DNA of 64,000 nucleotides from a virus (IMGVR_UViG_3300032516_002776:51048-115047); one strand, 5' to 3'. Shown: positions 45,755-54,776, numbered from the stretch's first letter. Translations and numbers: made by a program. Notes: generated by a model from the sequence alone, not told the origin.

Positions 45755-46495
45755 ATGAAAAAAGAAATCCTAGAAAAATTCATCCGAAAATACTCAATGA
45801 ACGGCTTGATAGATTCCGTTAAATTTGTAATCAAAGCGGCCGATAAGAAATTATCCACCAATACGATTACAGGAGAAAAGAATGTATTGGTTAATGTAGC
45901 ATTAGCAGAATTTGACGCAATAACAGAAGATTGTGAATTTGGTGTTTATGAAACAGCAAAGTTAAATAAAATGTTAAGCGTTCTTGGTGAGGAAGTGTCA
46001 CTTTCTTTAAATAAAGTTGACGATAGAATTACTTCATTAAGCGTTGAAGATGGAAAGACTGAAATACAATTTATAACTGCAGATTTAAGTGTTATTCCAA
46101 CCGCTCCAAATCTAAAGAAAATGCCGGAGTTTAATGTAGAAATTGAATTGGATGATGATTTTATTACACGCTTCATCAAAGCAAAAAATGCCCTTCCTGA
46201 TGTAGATATATTCACACTATTAATGAATAAAAAGAAGAAACTAGATATGGTTATCGGTTATTCTATGTTAAATAGCAATCGAATTACTCTTGGGGTAACG
46301 GCAAAGGCTGGTAAAGACGCGGTTACTAAGAATATTAACTTTAGCGCTAAGTATTTGAAAGAAATATTAACGGCTAATGGTGAGTGTGATAGTGCTATCT
46401 TAAAGGTTAGTGATGCAGGATTGGCAACGATAGCATTTAGTAAAGATAATTTTACTTCAAACTATTATATGGTTGAAGTTAAGACAGCAGAGTAA
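45755..46495 (+). CDS. gp45: sliding clamp, T4 gp45-like
   Basis: VDDRITSLSVEDGKTEIQFITADLSVIPTAP aligns with T4 gp45 NDDAEISQSEDGNIKIADARSTIFWPAADPSTVVAP. The size (246 aa) and the position upstream of the clamp loader fit T4 gene order. Confidence 0.55.
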   Translation: MKKEILEKFIRKYSMNGLIDSVKFVIKAADKKLSTNTITGEKNVLVNVALAEFDAITEDCEFGVYETAKLNKMLSVLGEEVSLSLNKVDDRITSLSVEDGKTEIQFITADLSVIPTAPNLKKMPEFNVEIELDDDFITRFIKAKNALPDVDIFTLLMNKKKKLDMVIGYSMLNSNRITLGVTAKAGKDAVTKNINFSAKYLKEILTANGECDSAILKVSDAGLATIAFSKDNFTSNYYMVEVKTAE

Positions 46496-46610
46496 ATATG
46501 GATTATACACCTTGGAAATGGTATCAAAAACCATTCAATAAATACTATTGGAAAATGTGGTGGTGGGATTTTAAAGTAAAAATCGGATTAGAATCTGATA
46601 TGGACTAACT

Positions 46611-47030
46611 ATGATATACTATTCAAATGAAATGTTACCGAATAAATTAAGTAGCGATGGGAATATAATTCCTTATACAGGATTATATCAAATCTGTGGA
46701 TTCATTGATAGTAAAATACTTATAACGACAAGAGATAAACAAATGGCAGATAGAATAGTTTATCTTTTATCAGAGGATGATAGAGTTAAAGAGGAGAGTT
46801 GGAAAAAGGAACGAGAGCGTGAGGAAAAGAAAAAATACAATTTAATCATAGACCAACATTACGATGAATATGGCGTTGGCTGGCAAATATCAGATAAACT
46901 TAAACATTGGAAGAAATATTATACCGACATGTTTTATTATACATTGCAATGTAAAACTGACGAAGACTTTGTAAAAGCATATGAATCTATTTGGTGGGAT
47001 GAAAATAAAGACAAAAATGAAAGAGACTGA
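46611..47030 (+). CDS. hypothetical protein
   Basis: 139 aa. Confidence 0.4.
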   Translation: MIYYSNEMLPNKLSSDGNIIPYTGLYQICGFIDSKILITTRDKQMADRIVYLLSEDDRVKEESWKKEREREEKKKYNLIIDQHYDEYGVGWQISDKLKHWKKYYTDMFYYTLQCKTDEDFVKAYESIWWDENKDKNERD

Positions 47031-47166
47031 TTATAAAGGGTTTTGTGAACATTACGATGCAATGGTTGAAGTGGGTTGTCCAATGGACAGAAAAGAATTA
47101 GTAAGACTTGCTAAAATATATAATACACCAATTCCCGAAGAATGGAATTATGTAGGGTATAGATAA
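47017..47166 (+). CDS. hypothetical small protein
   Basis: The track ORF is 46981..47166. The ATG at 47017, overlapping the upstream stop, is preferred. Confidence 0.3.
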   Translation: MKETDYKGFCEHYDAMVEVGCPMDRKELVRLAKIYNTPIPEEWNYVGYR

Positions 47167-47167
47167 T

Positions 47168-47464
47168 ATGGATACAAGAACAGGAGAAATTTATACGCCC
47201 GAACAGATGAAACTGATAGAAGAACTTGCTGAGAAAAAAGCTTTATATAAGACTCTCACGGAAAAGTTGGAAGCAATGGGCGCTAAAGACCTTCTTTCAC
47301 ATTTAAAACAAGTAAATATACCTCTTACAGAAACTCAAATAAAAAATATGAAGATTGAACCATATGATCCATGTCCGTGTGGAAGTGGAAATAAATTTAA
47401 ATTTTGTTGTAATGGAAAAGAAAACGATTATAATAAAGCTATGGCAAAGTTAATAAAAAATTAA
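47168..47464 (+). CDS. SEC-C motif protein
   Basis: The C-terminal CPCGSGNKFKFCC is the SecA-C-terminal metal-binding motif. Confidence 0.45.
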   Translation: MDTRTGEIYTPEQMKLIEELAEKKALYKTLTEKLEAMGAKDLLSHLKQVNIPLTETQIKNMKIEPYDPCPCGSGNKFKFCCNGKENDYNKAMAKLIKN

Positions 47465-47466
47465 TT

Positions 47467-47712
47467 ATGTTATCAAAAAAATTAAACACAAACTATACTT
47501 TTTTCAACAAAAATGTGGATAATTCGTGGGATGGATATGTTTTGGTATTTGTTGGACAAGAAAAAATGGGGCCGATGATGTCAACTAACATTAAAAAGAT
47601 GAGTGCAACATTAGTATTTTTAACACCCGCAGAAGCAGAATTATCCAAGAAAAATTATAGTAAAGTACTTCGAGAATTTTTAAAAGTAGTTAAATGTAAG
47701 GTAAGTATATAA
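47467..47712 (+). CDS. hypothetical protein
   Basis: 81 aa. Confidence 0.35.
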   Translation: MLSKKLNTNYTFFNKNVDNSWDGYVLVFVGQEKMGPMMSTNIKKMSATLVFLTPAEAELSKKNYSKVLREFLKVVKCKVSI

Positions 47713-47713
47713 T

Positions 47714-47902
47714 ATGCCATATGGTCCATGTATTCTGTGCGGAGCAACTAATTACCCATCCTCCTTTGGCGGCCCGCTGATTTGTCCTTCTTGTGATTGT
47801 GGAAATCCTCCACAGCAAAAACAAGAATATTTTTCCTTGTTTCCTGAAGCGAAATCAGATAGAATAATAGAGTTATTAGAGCAAATTAAAGATAAACTAT
47901 GA
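47714..47902 (+). CDS. hypothetical Zn-ribbon protein
   Basis: CILCG...CPSCDCG. Confidence 0.35.
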   Translation: MPYGPCILCGATNYPSSFGGPLICPSCDCGNPPQQKQEYFSLFPEAKSDRIIELLEQIKDKL

Positions 47903-48858
47903 ATCATTTTGAGATAGAAGAACATGCAGAGGCAGAAAGTCAACACACTATATTTGTAGAAAAATATCGTCCATCTAAATTGGAAGATTATGTTGGAGAC
48001 AAGGTATTTAAAGCAACATTACAATCTTTTATTGATAAGAAAGACATACCACACTTATTGTTTTATAATTCAAGTCCGGGCACAGGTAAGACTGCTGCTG
48101 CAAAGATACTTGTAAAGAATATTCCTTGTGATTATTTGTATCTTAATGCATCCGATGAAAATGGAATTGAAACAGTACGAACAAAAATTAAAGGTTTTGC
48201 TTCATCTGCTGGTTTTTATCCTCTTAAAATTGTTATATTAGACGAATGTGACCAGATTACGCCAGAAGGGCAGGGGGCACTTCGTAATTTGATTGAAACA
48301 TTCTCTTTACATACAAGATTTATTTTAACTTGTAATTATATGGAGAAAATGATACCGCCGATTGTTTCAAGGTGTCAGACGCATAAAGTTGAATCACCAA
48401 CAAAGAAAGAAGTAGCATTATTAGTTAAAAGTATATTGGATAAGGAAAGTATTAAGTATACCGCAGAAGATTTAGCATACATTGTAAACACTTATTATCC
48501 TGATATGCGAAAGGTTATTAATTTTGCTCAACAAAGTGTTGTTGAAAGTCAATTGATTATTAATCGACATAATATTGTTGAAACCGACACCAAATTGAAA
48601 GTCTTGGAATTGTTAAAGACAGCAATTAGCAATCCAACAACATTTAATACAATTCGACAATTGATTGCTGATGCTGATATAAGGTTTTATGATGAATATT
48701 ATAAATTCTTATACGATAAGGTTGGAGAATTTGCGAAAGGTAAAGATGTCTTAGCAATTTTGACTATTGCTGAATATTTGTATCAATCATCGTTGGTAGT
48801 TGATAAAGAGATTACATTTATGGCTTGCATAGCAAGACTTATTAAGGAATTAAAATGA
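47899..48858 (+). CDS. gp44: clamp loader ATPase subunit, T4 gp44/RFC-like
   Basis: Walker A SPGTGKT, Walker B ILDECD, and an SRC motif (VSRCQT). Confidence 0.75.
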   Translation: MNHFEIEEHAEAESQHTIFVEKYRPSKLEDYVGDKVFKATLQSFIDKKDIPHLLFYNSSPGTGKTAAAKILVKNIPCDYLYLNASDENGIETVRTKIKGFASSAGFYPLKIVILDECDQITPEGQGALRNLIETFSLHTRFILTCNYMEKMIPPIVSRCQTHKVESPTKKEVALLVKSILDKESIKYTAEDLAYIVNTYYPDMRKVINFAQQSVVESQLIINRHNIVETDTKLKVLELLKTAISNPTTFNTIRQLIADADIRFYDEYYKFLYDKVGEFAKGKDVLAILTIAEYLYQSSLVVDKEITFMACIARLIKELK

Positions 48859-49004
48859 ATTGGAAAGAAATACAACGATTATTAGAAATTGACAACGACA
48901 AACAAACTCTATTAATAGAATTAATGACATTTGTAAAAGCAAAAGGCCTTTGGGAAGAATTTGAAAAATGCTCGACCATTAAAATTGTGAAGGAATTAAA
49001 ATGA
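48855..49004 (+). CDS. tiny ORF 1 of a 4-member array (49 aa, ends ...VKELK)
   Basis: ATGA overlap with the gp44 stop. The 15-nt motif AAGGAATTAAAATGA sits at its start and again at its end. Confidence 0.35.
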   Translation: MNWKEIQRLLEIDNDKQTLLIELMTFVKAKGLWEEFEKCSTIKIVKELK

Positions 49005-49138
49005 TAACCCGTGAAGAATTAAAAAATGTAATAGAAATTTTAACACGCCGATGCAATTTGATATGTACTGAAGACAATGCTACAGATATCATGACATATG
49101 ATGAATGGATTGATAACATATTAGGGGAATTAAAATGA
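49001..49138 (+). CDS. tiny ORF 2 (45 aa, ends ...LGELK)
   Basis: Same junction motif at both ends. It contains CNLIC. Confidence 0.35.
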   Translation: MITREELKNVIEILTRRCNLICTEDNATDIMTYDEWIDNILGELK

Positions 49139-49308
49139 TTTTTTGTTTTCATAACTGGGATTATTTTCTATATGGAAATCGGAAATGTATTAAATGCAAT
49201 AAAAACCAATATTGGAAAGCAACAGCAAACCTGTCCGGCGGATTTGTTAATGGAAAGAGAAATCCCCGACCGGCCGTTCAGAAACTTATCATGAAGGAAT
49301 TAAAATGA
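49135..49308 (+). CDS. tiny ORF 3 (57 aa, ends ...MKELK)
   Basis: A CIKCNK Zn-ribbon-like pair. Same junction motif. Confidence 0.35.
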   Translation: MIFCFHNWDYFLYGNRKCIKCNKNQYWKATANLSGGFVNGKRNPRPAVQKLIMKELK

Positions 49309-49409
49309 TTAAAGGCATTGAAAAAATAACAAAGAAAGATTTGTTCGATTTGACATTGCAATACAAGCAGTCGAAGATTATTTACGGCGGAAATAAATTA
49401 TGGCATTAA
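49305..49409 (+). CDS. tiny ORF 4 (34 aa)
   Basis: It starts in the junction motif and ends overlapping the next gene's start. Confidence 0.3.
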   Translation: MIKGIEKITKKDLFDLTLQYKQSKIIYGGNKLWH

Positions 49410-49726
49410 GCAATGTAGATCCAAATACTGGTATGGAATATGATTTCAGAGATTATTCTTCTATATCTAGTCCATATTCTTGTAATTCATGTTATTCTAC
49501 ACAATTTCATTGTGCAACGATGCCTGTAAATTATACATGTTATCCGATACCACCGAAGAAAGAAGAATTAAGTAAATTTCTTGGTAGAATGGTAATGTAT
49601 AAAAATAAGACTTGGAAATGTATTGCAACAGCAAATGGTCGAATCTCTTTAGAAAGGAAAACTTTCTTTCTCCGACGAATGAAATATGATACTGCTTCGG
49701 TCTATGAATTGAGGATATTAATATGA
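49400..49726 (+). CDS. hypothetical Cys-rich protein
   Basis: 108 aa. Confidence 0.4.
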   Translation: MALSNVDPNTGMEYDFRDYSSISSPYSCNSCYSTQFHCATMPVNYTCYPIPPKKEELSKFLGRMVMYKNKTWKCIATANGRISLERKTFFLRRMKYDTASVYELRILI

Positions 49727-50265
49727 AATTAAATCTTAAGCAATTAATAAATGAATTGAATATAGATCGGTCTATTGATCGAACGGCCAAATTTAAAAAA
49801 ACCACACAAAAAGTTACAAAATATAATTTTGACATATCGGGAATAAACTATGTTATAGACTTTGTAGAGGCAGAAATGCCAAGTGGGCAATCCGTATTAG
49901 AGGTAAGTTTTAAAAATTTAACAGCCATAGAAAAATTAAAAAGTAAAAAACAACGAAACACAGAAAAGTTTTATCAAGACTTGGATAGGGCTAAATATGG
50001 ACTGACGAATACAGGCAAATCAATGTTAATATTCAATGAAATTTACAATGCCGTTATAAGTTATATCGAAAAATACAAACCAGCATATTTTAAATACGAA
50101 GCGATTGAAGACAACAGAAAAAAATTGTATAATACTCTCTTGAAGCGTGCCGAAAAACAAACAGCATTGAAATTTAAAAGACTATATGTTGACCCCGAAA
50201 CGGATTACAGACTTCCTTTTTCCCTGCTTGAAAGCCAACGATTTATCTATAAAATAGAATATTAA
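49723..50265 (+). CDS. hypothetical protein
   Basis: 180 aa, joined by ATGA overlaps. Confidence 0.4.
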   Translation: MKLNLKQLINELNIDRSIDRTAKFKKTTQKVTKYNFDISGINYVIDFVEAEMPSGQSVLEVSFKNLTAIEKLKSKKQRNTEKFYQDLDRAKYGLTNTGKSMLIFNEIYNAVISYIEKYKPAYFKYEAIEDNRKKLYNTLLKRAEKQTALKFKRLYVDPETDYRLPFSLLESQRFIYKIEY

Positions 50266-50266
50266 A

Positions 50267-50500
50267 ATGAAACCTATAGACTTTAAAGATAGCAATCATA
50301 AATTTGCAGAGAAGCAAAAGGAATATATAACTTTACCCGGTTATATGGATGAAAATGGGATATTTATTTCTTGTTGGAAATTAACATTTTTTGAAAGAAT
50401 AATAGTATTACTAAAAGGTAAAATATTTTTGTCCACGATGACATTTTTTAAACCACTACAACCACAAAGAATGTCTGTAAAATTTGAGGAGGAAATATGA
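50267..50500 (+). CDS. hypothetical protein
   Basis: 77 aa. Confidence 0.35.
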   Translation: MKPIDFKDSNHKFAEKQKEYITLPGYMDENGIFISCWKLTFFERIIVLLKGKIFLSTMTFFKPLQPQRMSVKFEEEI

Positions 50501-51486
50501 ATTTTAACCAAGGATTAAATTATAATAATATTGTTTTGACGCCAAATTTTTCGACATTACCGAGCAGAAGTCTTGCGGGTACATCTTTAATTTTTGGTAA
50601 TAAAGTATTTGAATTACCTATTTGTCCGGCCAATATGGTTTGTTGTATCAGCACAGAACTTGCCTATTGGTTGAGCGAGCATAATTATTTTTATGTAATG
50701 CACCGTTTTGATGGTGAAACTAATAAGAAAGATTTGCGTTGGTTCATTGAAAAGGCTAATACGGAAATGTGGCATTGTATTAGTATTAGTATTGGAGTTC
50801 AAGAAGAAGATTATGAATTATTGTGGTGGATTAATGTACGAAACCTTCGAGTGGATTTTATTACGATAGATATTTCTCATGGCCACTGTTTAAAAATGAA
50901 GGAAATGTTAGAGTTTCTTAATAAAGAAATTAAATTTAAAAATAAAACATTTGTTATAGCTGGCAATATTGGCACGCGAGAAGCGGTTAGTGATTTAGAA
51001 ATTTGGGGCGCAGACGCAACTAAAGTAGGATTAGCCTTTGGAAAAGCTTGTATAACTAAGAACAAAACGGGATTTGCTTCTCCAATGTTTTCTACTATTT
51101 TATTATGCTCTCAAAATTCTAAAAAACCCATTATCGCTGATGGTTCAATTAGTGAAAATGGGGATATAACAAAGGCATTAGTGGCTGGGGCAACAATGGT
51201 TATGGCGGGGAATATATTTGCGGCTTGTGTTGATAGTCCCGCCGAAAGTATTTATTCTGAAAATGGCAAACACATTGTTTCTAAAAAATATTTTGGTTCG
51301 GCATCTAAACGCAGTGGAAAAACTAAAAATATTGAAGGAACAGAAGTTATAATTGAATGTAATGATATGACTTACAATGAAAAATTAGAAGAAATTAAGC
51401 AAGATTTACAATCAAGCTTATCGTTTACTGGCCATAGTAATAAACTTGAAGACTTAAAAAGAGTGGAATGGAAAATTTTACAATGA
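50497..51486 (+). CDS. guaC: GMP reductase (IMPDH/GuaC family)
   Basis: It aligns along its length with E. coli GuaC: LNYNNIVLTPNFSTLPSRS against FKDVLIRPKRSTLKSRS, IDISHGH against IDVANGY, and the catalytic-Cys block GLAFGKACITKNKTGFASP against GIGPGSVCTTRVKTGVGYP. Confidence 0.7.
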   Translation: MNFNQGLNYNNIVLTPNFSTLPSRSLAGTSLIFGNKVFELPICPANMVCCISTELAYWLSEHNYFYVMHRFDGETNKKDLRWFIEKANTEMWHCISISIGVQEEDYELLWWINVRNLRVDFITIDISHGHCLKMKEMLEFLNKEIKFKNKTFVIAGNIGTREAVSDLEIWGADATKVGLAFGKACITKNKTGFASPMFSTILLCSQNSKKPIIADGSISENGDITKALVAGATMVMAGNIFAACVDSPAESIYSENGKHIVSKKYFGSASKRSGKTKNIEGTEVIIECNDMTYNEKLEEIKQDLQSSLSFTGHSNKLEDLKRVEWKILQ

Positions 51487-52025
51487 AAAACATTTTAAAC
51501 AGAAATAGAGTATACCTTGTCGGTCAAATGCAATACATCAAAGATGGTTCTGTTTGGCGTGATTATGTCGAAGCAGAATTAAAAAAGATGGGTGTAATTG
51601 TATTTAATCCATATAATCATCCATTTATCAATTCCGTGACGGAGGATAACAATGCAACGGCAACATTAAAGAGTCTTATCGCTGAAGGGAAATATGATGA
51701 ATGTGCTGAAATTATGCGAAAGATTCGTGGCGAAGATTTACGTGTCGTTGACATTGCTGATTTTATATTTTGCTATATAGACCCGCTTAAACCGACCTGT
51801 GGGGCGTGGGAAGAAGTTTTCACGGCGAATCGCGCTAAAAAGCCTATATTTTTTGTAGCCGAAGGCGGAAAGGATGTTTGTCCTCTCTGGCTTTATGGTA
51901 CAATTCCCCATAAATATATGTATAATTCCATAGATGATGCTTTGCAAATGCTTTGGGATATTAACAGCGGTGCAAAGCCTATTGATTCTTCCCGTTGGCG
52001 CATTCTCCGACCAGAATTCCTATAA
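51483..52025 (+). CDS. nucleoside 2-deoxyribosyltransferase/DNPH1-like protein
   Basis: VYLVGQM and the DIADFIFCYID...CGAWEEVFTANRAKKPIF block resemble the NDT/Rcl family (GxAWExG). The track start is 51468, and the ATG at 51483 (ATGA overlap) is preferred. Confidence 0.4.
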   Translation: MKNILNRNRVYLVGQMQYIKDGSVWRDYVEAELKKMGVIVFNPYNHPFINSVTEDNNATATLKSLIAEGKYDECAEIMRKIRGEDLRVVDIADFIFCYIDPLKPTCGAWEEVFTANRAKKPIFFVAEGGKDVCPLWLYGTIPHKYMYNSIDDALQMLWDINSGAKPIDSSRWRILRPEFL

Positions 52026-52242
52026 ATTAACCTACATAATCAATTTATTTCTGATATATATAGCTATAAAATATTAGCTGAACAAATTATTAAAGAATAT
52101 GAATCCATATTCTGATGACATCATGCTATAGGCCTATTTGGCAGCAATTTTATATGTTATAATAATAATTTTCCAAATGATATACAAAGGCCTGTTGGAA
52201 TAAAAGGAGAATTTTTAAAATAGTATCATAGAAGAATGTAGA

Positions 52243-52368
52243 ACAATTCCACACAAATATATGTATGATTCCATTGATGATGTTTTGAATGTGCTTTGTG
52301 ATATTAATAACGGAACGCGTGAAATAGATTCTTCTAGATGGCGCCTTCTCCGAGAAGAATTTAGATAA
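52243..52368 (+). pseudogene. diverged duplicate of the 3' end of 51483..52025 (gene fragment)
   Basis: It translates to TIPHKYMYDSIDDVLNVLCDINNGTREIDSSRWRLLREEFR*. The gene tail reads TIPHKYMYNSIDDALQMLWDINSGAKPIDSSRWRILRPEFL*. The frame is closed upstream by TAA at 52216, and there is no start codon. Confidence 0.6.
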
Positions 52369-52411
52369 AATAAGTCATTATAATCATAAAATTTGTGATA
52401 TTTATGATTAT

Positions 52412-53050
52412 ATGGCAAAACATGACTATAAAAAAATAGCTAAAAGACAATTTTTAAAAGAATATGGTGATATTGGTGGCGGAATGTATGGCGGTGGTGC
52501 TGCCGTTTCTGCTGGTTTTGTAAATCCTGGAATGGGTACTTTTAGCTCTCCTGATGCACGACAAAATCTGTCGGCTTTTGCAAATAACCATCCAACCATG
52601 CAATATCCTGTTGGACAACATAAAGTTGATTGGTTTAATAGTGATAAAGCTACAGGTCCATCCGAAGAAGATGTCCAAGAATTAAAAAACAAAGTTACTC
52701 CCGATGAGATTCTTTTAGGGATAGAATACGAACTTAAAAGACAATTTCATAAGAATAAAAGTAACGCAAAAGAAATCGTTGTACAGAATTTAAAAAAAGA
52801 TCCGAAATATTATTCTAGTTTACATATGATGCAGATGAGCGATGAAAGAGTTAATGAGGAGAAAAAAATTGAAGATATGAAAGATAAAGCAAATATTAAC
52901 GATAAAGGTGTAAATGTTGATGAGGTTAAGAAAATTGTAGAAGAAATGCTTTCAAAAAGAAAGAAAACACAAGTACCAATTGATGTAAAAATCGTAACTG
53001 CTTATAATGATAGCATTGATAGAAAAACCAAAAAGCGTTGGACAGTTTAA
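52412..53050 (+). CDS. hypothetical protein with Gly-rich N-terminus
   Basis: 212 aa. It carries the motif ILLGIEYELK...AKEIVVQNLKKDPKYY, which recurs in the next gene. Confidence 0.4.
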   Translation: MAKHDYKKIAKRQFLKEYGDIGGGMYGGGAAVSAGFVNPGMGTFSSPDARQNLSAFANNHPTMQYPVGQHKVDWFNSDKATGPSEEDVQELKNKVTPDEILLGIEYELKRQFHKNKSNAKEIVVQNLKKDPKYYSSLHMMQMSDERVNEEKKIEDMKDKANINDKGVNVDEVKKIVEEMLSKRKKTQVPIDVKIVTAYNDSIDRKTKKRWTV

Positions 53051-53063
53051 TAAACAGATTAAT

Positions 53064-54773
53064 ATGAATAAGTCGAAATATCATGTTGAGCTTTTACCAG
53101 CAGAAGAATATTATAAAAATAAAGAAAAGGTAGGTGCTCATGCTATTGGTTGGGTTGTTTTAGTCAATGGTCAACCTCATCATGAAACTACGGACGGATT
53201 AAGGGGGAAAAAATTAGCAATGGATTTTGCTGAACAATTCGGATGGTCGGAAAAATTAAATGAATCAGACTGGAAACAAGTTGGAATTGGTGAACCAAGT
53301 GATCCCATTATTGGTAATCCTGCTATGAAAGGCCGCCGTTGGCAAATAGACCCATACGGCAGTGGTAAATCTTTTCCAAAGATAAATAAATCCGCGAAAG
53401 CGTCCAAATCACTTACTTATGACAAATTTTATAGTAAACTTAAAGAAGTTATAGGGTCTGACACCGAAGATGTATTTTCTAGTCAAAGCAAAGCGGCAGG
53501 TATAGAAGAATTTACTACATTTTTTCAGGTTGCTAATAAAACTGACATCGAAAAATTTAATTTGTTGTGGGATAATGGTCACACAAGAAAAGCGTGGAGA
53601 TTTATTTTATCTATTTTAAAAGCAGCTGGCAAATTAAACCTTCATGAAATTGTAGAGCCAGCAAAAGAAGAAGATGTGGATCCAAAAGAATTGAAAATGG
53701 GAATCGAATCGGAAATGGAGCATACTAATAGTGAAGGAGAAGCTAAAAACATCGCATTAACACATTTGGCTGAGCATCCTGATTATTATTCTAGAATAAA
53801 ATCCGTTGGAATTCTTGAACTTATAACAGAAGATGTAAAAAGTGAGGACAATATGAAATTTAAAGACTATTACAGAGAAGAACTCAAGGAAGCCATTGAA
53901 AATGATAAGATTAAAAATCAATGCCCCTGTGGTTGTACACCAGAAGACATGTGTGATAACGCAGATGAATGTTTGTGTGAATGCTCAACATGTGGTTGTG
54001 GAAAGCGCAATACCGAACATAGTCTTGATGAAAAGAAGTGGATTCAAGCCGCTGTCCATCCTTCCCGAAAAGGTATGCTCTCGGGAAAATCAGTCGCTGA
54101 CCTTGAAAAGATGAAAGGAAATTTAAAAAAGAGAAATACTCCGAAGAAAGAAAAGGGCGAAAAAGTTCCTCACAAGAATAAAGTAGCAATGTCGCAGATT
54201 AATTTTGCTTTGCGCGCTAAAAAGCACAAACTAACTGAAGCGGATAATTCCAACCTCTTTATGAAAAAAGGTCAAAAACTTTTTGCTTACTTTACAAGAG
54301 TCAAGAAGTTTCTTGAAGTAACATTACTCAGGGACAGTGATAAAGAAGGTTGGGCATTAGCTGAATTTATAAATCATAGGTCTGTTGTGGTAAATGTTCG
54401 AACTAAAATAGGCTATGTAGAAGATCCAGGCCGTGATACATTGCCATATGGTGTCGCAGAAGCTCTTGCTGAAGCGAATCGTGATAGTAAATTTGGCGCA
54501 CCAGCAAAAAAGGGTTCAACAATAAAGGGTAAATCGGGGCCTGGTCAAGTTGCTGAAGATAGACAAGAAACGCCTGATGAAAAGGAGATTTGTCCAGAAT
54601 GTGGGAAAAAGGAAGTCACAGTGACCTTTGAACAGGGTTATCAGGAATATCCAGGCGCATCACCTCAGGCACCTACTACGTTCCGTGAATGTGGCGCGTG
54701 TGGTTGGGATGAACTCACTAAGGGAAAATTCGATATGGACAACGCAATCGGCTTGGACGGTCAGCGGGCATAA
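53064..54773 (+). CDS. hypothetical large protein with Cys cluster
   Basis: ATG 53064 is preferred over the track start 53007. It carries LKMGIESEMEHT...ALTHLAEHPDYY, the same motif as the upstream gene, plus CPCGCTPEDMCDNADECLCECSTCGCG and a C-terminal Zn ribbon. Confidence 0.45.
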   Translation: MNKSKYHVELLPAEEYYKNKEKVGAHAIGWVVLVNGQPHHETTDGLRGKKLAMDFAEQFGWSEKLNESDWKQVGIGEPSDPIIGNPAMKGRRWQIDPYGSGKSFPKINKSAKASKSLTYDKFYSKLKEVIGSDTEDVFSSQSKAAGIEEFTTFFQVANKTDIEKFNLLWDNGHTRKAWRFILSILKAAGKLNLHEIVEPAKEEDVDPKELKMGIESEMEHTNSEGEAKNIALTHLAEHPDYYSRIKSVGILELITEDVKSEDNMKFKDYYREELKEAIENDKIKNQCPCGCTPEDMCDNADECLCECSTCGCGKRNTEHSLDEKKWIQAAVHPSRKGMLSGKSVADLEKMKGNLKKRNTPKKEKGEKVPHKNKVAMSQINFALRAKKHKLTEADNSNLFMKKGQKLFAYFTRVKKFLEVTLLRDSDKEGWALAEFINHRSVVVNVRTKIGYVEDPGRDTLPYGVAEALAEANRDSKFGAPAKKGSTIKGKSGPGQVAEDRQETPDEKEICPECGKKEVTVTFEQGYQEYPGASPQAPTTFRECGACGWDELTKGKFDMDNAIGLDGQRA

Positions 54774-54776
54774 TAA

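Larger units (their letters stand above)
48844..49308 (+). repeat. 15-nt junction motif AAGGAATTAAAATGA repeated 4 times (48844, 48990, 49124 variant GGGGAATTAAAATGA, 49294)
   Basis: Each copy supplies an RBS (AAGGA), a stop (TGA) and an overlapping ATG for the next tiny ORF. Confidence 0.7.
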
